Under the pieces are notes generated by a model. It searched no databases. It had not been told where the DNA came from and saw only the letters and a program-made list of their open reading frames with translations. From positions 288,001 through 352,000 of the forward strand of contig JAVVGF010000001.1 of NCBI GenBank assembly GCA_032249235.1: DNA of 64,000 nt, in the 5' to 3' direction. Numbering within the stretch: the first letter of the stretch is position 1; each line of letters starts with the position of its first letter. This document shows, one piece after another, positions 60,148 to 64,000 of the stretch. This DNA is from Thermoproteota archaeon. GTDB taxonomy: Archaea; Thermoproteota; Thermoprotei; Gearchaeales; Gearchaeaceae. The translations under genes and the position numbers were made by a program.

Positions 60148-61233
60148 ATGAGCGAATTATATCAAATATTAAACGAAGAAGGAATTGAAAATAAACAACT
60201 TTTAAGCAAGATAAACCTTAGCAATGACAAACTTCTTGAAATGTATAGACATATGTTAATAACGAGAATTCTTGACGGTTGGCTTATGAAATTGCAAAGA
60301 ATGGGAAAAGCTGCAATCCATGCACCTAATGAGGGACAAGAAGCAATAGCTGTAGGCGTAGCTCATGCAGCTGAAAAAGAAGATTGGTTCTTTCCTACTT
60401 ATAGAGATCTTGGTTTGCTAGTTGCTAAAGGCGCTCCAATAAGAGAAATTTTGAATAGATGGTTGGCTAATGCGCAAGATCCTTTAAAAGGGCATGAATT
60501 TGCTATATATGGCGGTAGAAAGTATAATATGGTTCCTACAACAACTCCTGTTAGTGTTCATCTTGCTGCAGCTACAGGCTTCGCTCATGCAGCCAAAATA
60601 AAGAAAGATAAGCTAGTTGTTTTCGCCTTTCTAGGAGATGGTGCTACATCTAAAGGAGATTTCCATGAAAGCTTGAATTGGGCAGGTGTGTTCAAATTAC
60701 CAATTGTATACGTATGTCAAAATAATCAGTATGCTATATCAATGCCTTTTAGAAGACAGACTGCATCTGAGACTATCGCTATAAAATCTGTTGCATATGG
60801 AATAAAAGGTATGAGAATAGATGGAAATGATATATTAGCCGTTTATTCAGCTATAAAAGAAGCAAGAGAAAGCGCTCTTAATGGTATGCCTGTTTTAGTC
60901 GAATGTTTAACTTACAGACTTGGATCACATACAACTGCAGATGATCCTACAAGATATAGAAGTCAAGAAGAGGTTGAAGAGATGAGGAAAAAAGAACCAA
61001 TTAAGCGCTTCAGGGCTTTCTTAATATCAAAAGGCATTTTGAGTGAAAAAGAAGATGAACAAATGAGGAAGGATATCGAAAGAGAGATAGAAGAAGAAGT
61101 TAAAATAGCAATAACAATTCCTCCACCTCCAGTACAAGCTATATTCGAAGATGTTTATTCTGAGCTACCGTGGCATTTAAAAGAGCAGATGGAAGAGCTC
61201 GTAAAAGAATATGAAGAAGATCATTTAAGTTAA
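60148..61233 (+). CDS. pdhA: 2-oxoacid (pyruvate/branched-chain) dehydrogenase E1 alpha
   Basis: GQEA, PTYRD, GDGATSKGDFHE...QNNQYAIS TPP motif, YRLGSHTTADDPTRYR. Confidence 0.92.
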   Translation: MSELYQILNEEGIENKQLLSKINLSNDKLLEMYRHMLITRILDGWLMKLQRMGKAAIHAPNEGQEAIAVGVAHAAEKEDWFFPTYRDLGLLVAKGAPIREILNRWLANAQDPLKGHEFAIYGGRKYNMVPTTTPVSVHLAAATGFAHAAKIKKDKLVVFAFLGDGATSKGDFHESLNWAGVFKLPIVYVCQNNQYAISMPFRRQTASETIAIKSVAYGIKGMRIDGNDILAVYSAIKEARESALNGMPVLVECLTYRLGSHTTADDPTRYRSQEEVEEMRKKEPIKRFRAFLISKGILSEKEDEQMRKDIEREIEEEVKIAITIPPPPVQAIFEDVYSELPWHLKEQMEELVKEYEEDHLS

Positions 61234-61234
61234 C

Positions 61235-62209
61235 ATGCCAGTCCTAACTCTTGCAGCTGCTATTAATAATGCAATTAGAGAACAAATGAGAAAAGATGAT
61301 AGGATAGTAGTGCTCGGAGAAGATGTGGGTAAAAGAGGGGGTGTCTTCTTAGTGACAGAAGGTTTATTAGAGGAGTTCGGTCCTGAAAGAGTAATTGATA
61401 CGCCTTTATCAGAGGCTGCAATATTTGGTGTCGCTGCTGGAATGGCTATATATGGGCTCAAGCCTATTGCAGAAGTTCAATTCTTTGATTTTGCTTTTGG
61501 AGGCTTTGACCAAATCGTTTCTCAAATAGCTAAATTAAGATATAGAAGCGGAGGACAATTCAAAGCTCCTGTTATTATAAGGGGTCCTGTTGCAGGAGGA
61601 ATAAGAGGTGGAATGTTTCATTCCCAAAGTCCTGAAACTTACTACGTTCATACTGCAGGTCTTAAAGTTATAGTTCCTGCATTTCCTTATGATGCAAAAG
61701 GATTGTTGATTGCTGCTTTGAAACAAGATGATCCTGTTATATTTATGGAACCTAAAAGCATATACAGGACAGTCAAGCAAGAGGTACCTGAAGGAGAATA
61801 TATTGTTCCAATAGGAAAAGCGAACGTGATAAGACAAGGCGATGATGTTACAGTAATAACATATGGAGCAATGGTACATCGTGTTCTTGAAGCTGCTGAA
61901 GAAGCAAGTAAAGAAAAAATAAGCGTAGAAGTAATTGATTTAAGAACATTGATGCCTTATGATATTGATACGATTCTTAGCTCTATCAAAAAGACTGGTA
62001 GAGTAGTGATAGTTCATGAAGCTCCTAAAACATTAGGTTTCGGTGCAGAGATAGCAGCTTCTATTGCAGAAAGAGCATTGCTTTATCTAGAAGCTCCTAT
62101 TATAAGAGTGTGCGGTCAAGATACTCCTTTTCCGCTTGCAAATGAACATTACTATCTTCCTACAGTCAAAAGGATAAAAAAAGCAATAACTAAAGTCGCT
62201 ACATTTTAA
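61235..62209 (+). CDS. pdhB: 2-oxoacid dehydrogenase E1 beta
   Basis: GEDVGKRGGVF, DTPLSE, EVQF, HSQS, FMEPK, EVIDLRTL. Confidence 0.93.
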   Translation: MPVLTLAAAINNAIREQMRKDDRIVVLGEDVGKRGGVFLVTEGLLEEFGPERVIDTPLSEAAIFGVAAGMAIYGLKPIAEVQFFDFAFGGFDQIVSQIAKLRYRSGGQFKAPVIIRGPVAGGIRGGMFHSQSPETYYVHTAGLKVIVPAFPYDAKGLLIAALKQDDPVIFMEPKSIYRTVKQEVPEGEYIVPIGKANVIRQGDDVTVITYGAMVHRVLEAAEEASKEKISVEVIDLRTLMPYDIDTILSSIKKTGRVVIVHEAPKTLGFGAEIAASIAERALLYLEAPIIRVCGQDTPFPLANEHYYLPTVKRIKKAITKVATF

Positions 62210-62210
62210 A

Positions 62211-63413
62211 ATGCCTAAGGAAATTTTACTTCCTGATATTGGAGAAGGAGTAAGCGAAGGAGAAATTGTAAAGTGGCTAGTAAAAGAAGGAGATTATGTC
62301 AAAATGTTTCAACCGATCGTTGAGGTCTTGACGGTTAAAGTTAAAGTCGAAATTCCATCTCCTTATAATGGTAAGATTGTTAAAATTTTGGCAAAAGAAA
62401 AAGAAGTGGTTAGAGTAGGAAAACCAATAGCTTTAATCGAAACTGAAGAAGTGATACCTGAGACAAAGCCTAAAGAAGAAGCTAAACCTAAAGAAGAATT
62501 AAGGCAGGTTGAGATTCCTAAGGAGGTAGCTGAAGAGAAAAAAGAAATACTTGCTACACCTGCTGTTAGAAGACTTGCAAGGGAATTAGGCGTAGATTTG
62601 TCCAAAGTTAAAGGTACAGGACCTGGAGGAAGAATATTGGAAGAAGATGTTAGAAGATATGCTGAAGAAATGAAGAAACATGAAGTTAAGCCAGTAGAAG
62701 TAAAAGCTGAAAAAGCTGCTTTGGAAGAGAGAATTCCTATTACTGGAGTAAGAAGAATGATTGCAGAAAAGTTATCAAAGACTGTTAAAACTGCAGTGCT
62801 AGTTACACATATGGATGAATGCGATGTAACTGAATTGGTTAAAATAAGAGAAGAATTAAAACAAGAAGCAGAGAAAAGAGGAGTAAAACTAACTTTCTTA
62901 CCTTTCATCATTAAAGCTGTGATTAAAGCTCTTCAAACATACCCTTCATTCAATGCATCGGTTGACGAAGAAAAGAATGAGCTAGTAATTAAGAAATATT
63001 ATAATATTGGCATTGCAACAGCAACAGATCAAGGTCTAATAGTCCCTGTAATAAAAGAAGCAGATAAGAAAGGATTATTTGAATTAGCTAAGGAGATTGA
63101 AGAACTAACCGAAAAAGCTAGGAAAGGAACGTTGAAAATTGAAGAAGTTATAGGCAGCACTTTTTCAATAACCAATGTAGGTCCGATTGGAGGCGTATTT
63201 GCTACGCCAATATTGAATAATCCTGATGTAGCAATTCTAGGAATTGGTAAAATTAAAAAAAGACCTTGGGTAGTTGAGAATAGAATTGAAATTAGAGACA
63301 TATTAACGCTATTTTTATCCTTCGATCATCGCGTAATAGATGGTGCTCAAGCAGCGCAATTCATGAATGAGGTAATGAAATACTTAGAAAAACCTTATCT
63401 ATTGTTAATTTAG
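62211..63413 (+). CDS. pdhC: Dihydrolipoamide acyltransferase E2
   Basis: Lipoyl domain (LPDIGEG...EVLTVKV), E3-binding ATPAVRRLARE..GTGPGGRI, catalytic DHRVIDG. Confidence 0.93.
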   Translation: MPKEILLPDIGEGVSEGEIVKWLVKEGDYVKMFQPIVEVLTVKVKVEIPSPYNGKIVKILAKEKEVVRVGKPIALIETEEVIPETKPKEEAKPKEELRQVEIPKEVAEEKKEILATPAVRRLARELGVDLSKVKGTGPGGRILEEDVRRYAEEMKKHEVKPVEVKAEKAALEERIPITGVRRMIAEKLSKTVKTAVLVTHMDECDVTELVKIREELKQEAEKRGVKLTFLPFIIKAVIKALQTYPSFNASVDEEKNELVIKKYYNIGIATATDQGLIVPVIKEADKKGLFELAKEIEELTEKARKGTLKIEEVIGSTFSITNVGPIGGVFATPILNNPDVAILGIGKIKKRPWVVENRIEIRDILTLFLSFDHRVIDGAQAAQFMNEVMKYLEKPYLLLI

Positions 63414-64000
63414 AACTCTGCAAAAACTGTACAAGGTGAGCTATCAATAACCTCGATGAAGAGCGGAATAACATAAAGTTTTTTTATTTCACTAGGAAGT
63501 TTTTCCAAATTCATATCCTCAACTATTATGAATTTTCCTTTGGAAAGCAAAATTCTATGAGCCTTTCTACCTTCTTCTCTATGCAATGGTGAAGATAAGG
63601 ATATGAAATCGAATCCTATTCCTCTAATATTTTCAAAATTAGCGAGATAGCTTGCAGCTTCAGAACTGAATCCAGGGCCCTCAAATTGATAAATATACGG
63701 ATCTTTATTTCTAAATATTTGAAATTCTGTTTTAATTATTATAAAGTCTGAATTTTTAATTCTTTCTTCAAAATTTTCAAAATCTTTCCTAAAAAATAAT
63801 TCTCCTTTTCCTTTTTTTATTTTTAAAATTAATATTTTATTAAAAATAAAATCTTCGATATCATATTCAGCTACACCTTTACCTCCTTCTATGAAATGTT
63901 TTTGGCAATCTGCATGAGTTCCAATATGGTTACCGAATTTTAACTCAAATGTATTCGCAGAATCTCCTTTGCTAATTTGATTTATAGGTGTTATTATAAG
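63410..64000 (-). CDS. Cyclase / kynurenine formamidase family protein (5' truncated; absent from ORF track)
   Basis: Own translation: ...NHIGTHADCQKHF... (HxGTHxDxxxH), GIGFDFIS, AHRILL, IVEDM, DSSPCTVFAEF*. Confidence 0.85.
   Translation of the reverse strand, partial: LIITPINQISKGDSANTFELKFGNHIGTHADCQKHFIEGGKGVAEYDIEDFIFNKILILKIKKGKGELFFRKDFENFEERIKNSDFIIIKTEFQIFRNKDPYIYQFEGPGFSSEAASYLANFENIRGIGFDFISLSSPLHREEGRKAHRILLSKGKFIIVEDMNLEKLPSEIKKLYVIPLFIEVIDSSPCTVFAEF

Noticed and set aside
62363-62911. 182-aa minus-strand ORF and similar antisense ORFs (e.g. 24113-24520, 25016-25435, 34660-35166, 22374-22721, 1364-1654)
   Set aside because: These are shadow ORFs fully inside well-supported genes on the opposite strand, with Ser/Phe/Leu-rich antisense composition and no motifs.

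Overview
AT-rich, gene-dense archaeal chromosome segment, probably from a TACK/Thermoproteota-type lineage. The evidence is an archaeal-type MAT, GAPDH and AdkA, plus Cdc6/Orc1, CDC48, Trm1, a BHB-intron tRNA, C/D-box sRNAs, and mostly leaderless genes with TATA boxes about 25 bp upstream of the start codon. Content is mainly housekeeping: carAB, purSLQ, argS, gdhA, pgk-gap-adk, nuoL/M, trxB, lipA and the 2-oxoacid dehydrogenase E1a/E1b/E2 genes. There are three tRNAs (Leu-CAG, intron-containing Trp-CCA, Cys-GCA) and a 7-gene MoxR/DUF58 membrane/surface operon. Main points of interest: (1) a PolD small subunit (DP1) homolog near cdc6 whose exonuclease metal ligands are mostly substituted, as in eukaryotic B-subunits, with no DP2 in the window; (2) two unannotated C/D-box guide sRNAs, one predicted to target the wobble U34 of tRNA-Glu, plus a guide-like tRNA-Trp intron; (3) the same palindrome AGTAATAC-N4-GTATTACT about 20 bp upstream of the TATA box of two tiny uncharacterised genes; (4) a KaiC-like ATPase coupled to an AEP primase/polymerase-like gene; (5) a candidate arginine synthetase (COG2403) coupled to CDC48; (6) a decayed PaREP1/HEPN pseudogene and an IS200/IS605-like hairpin. 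No CRISPR array, rRNA or intact mobile element was seen. All product calls come from motif recognition by eye, not database searches.
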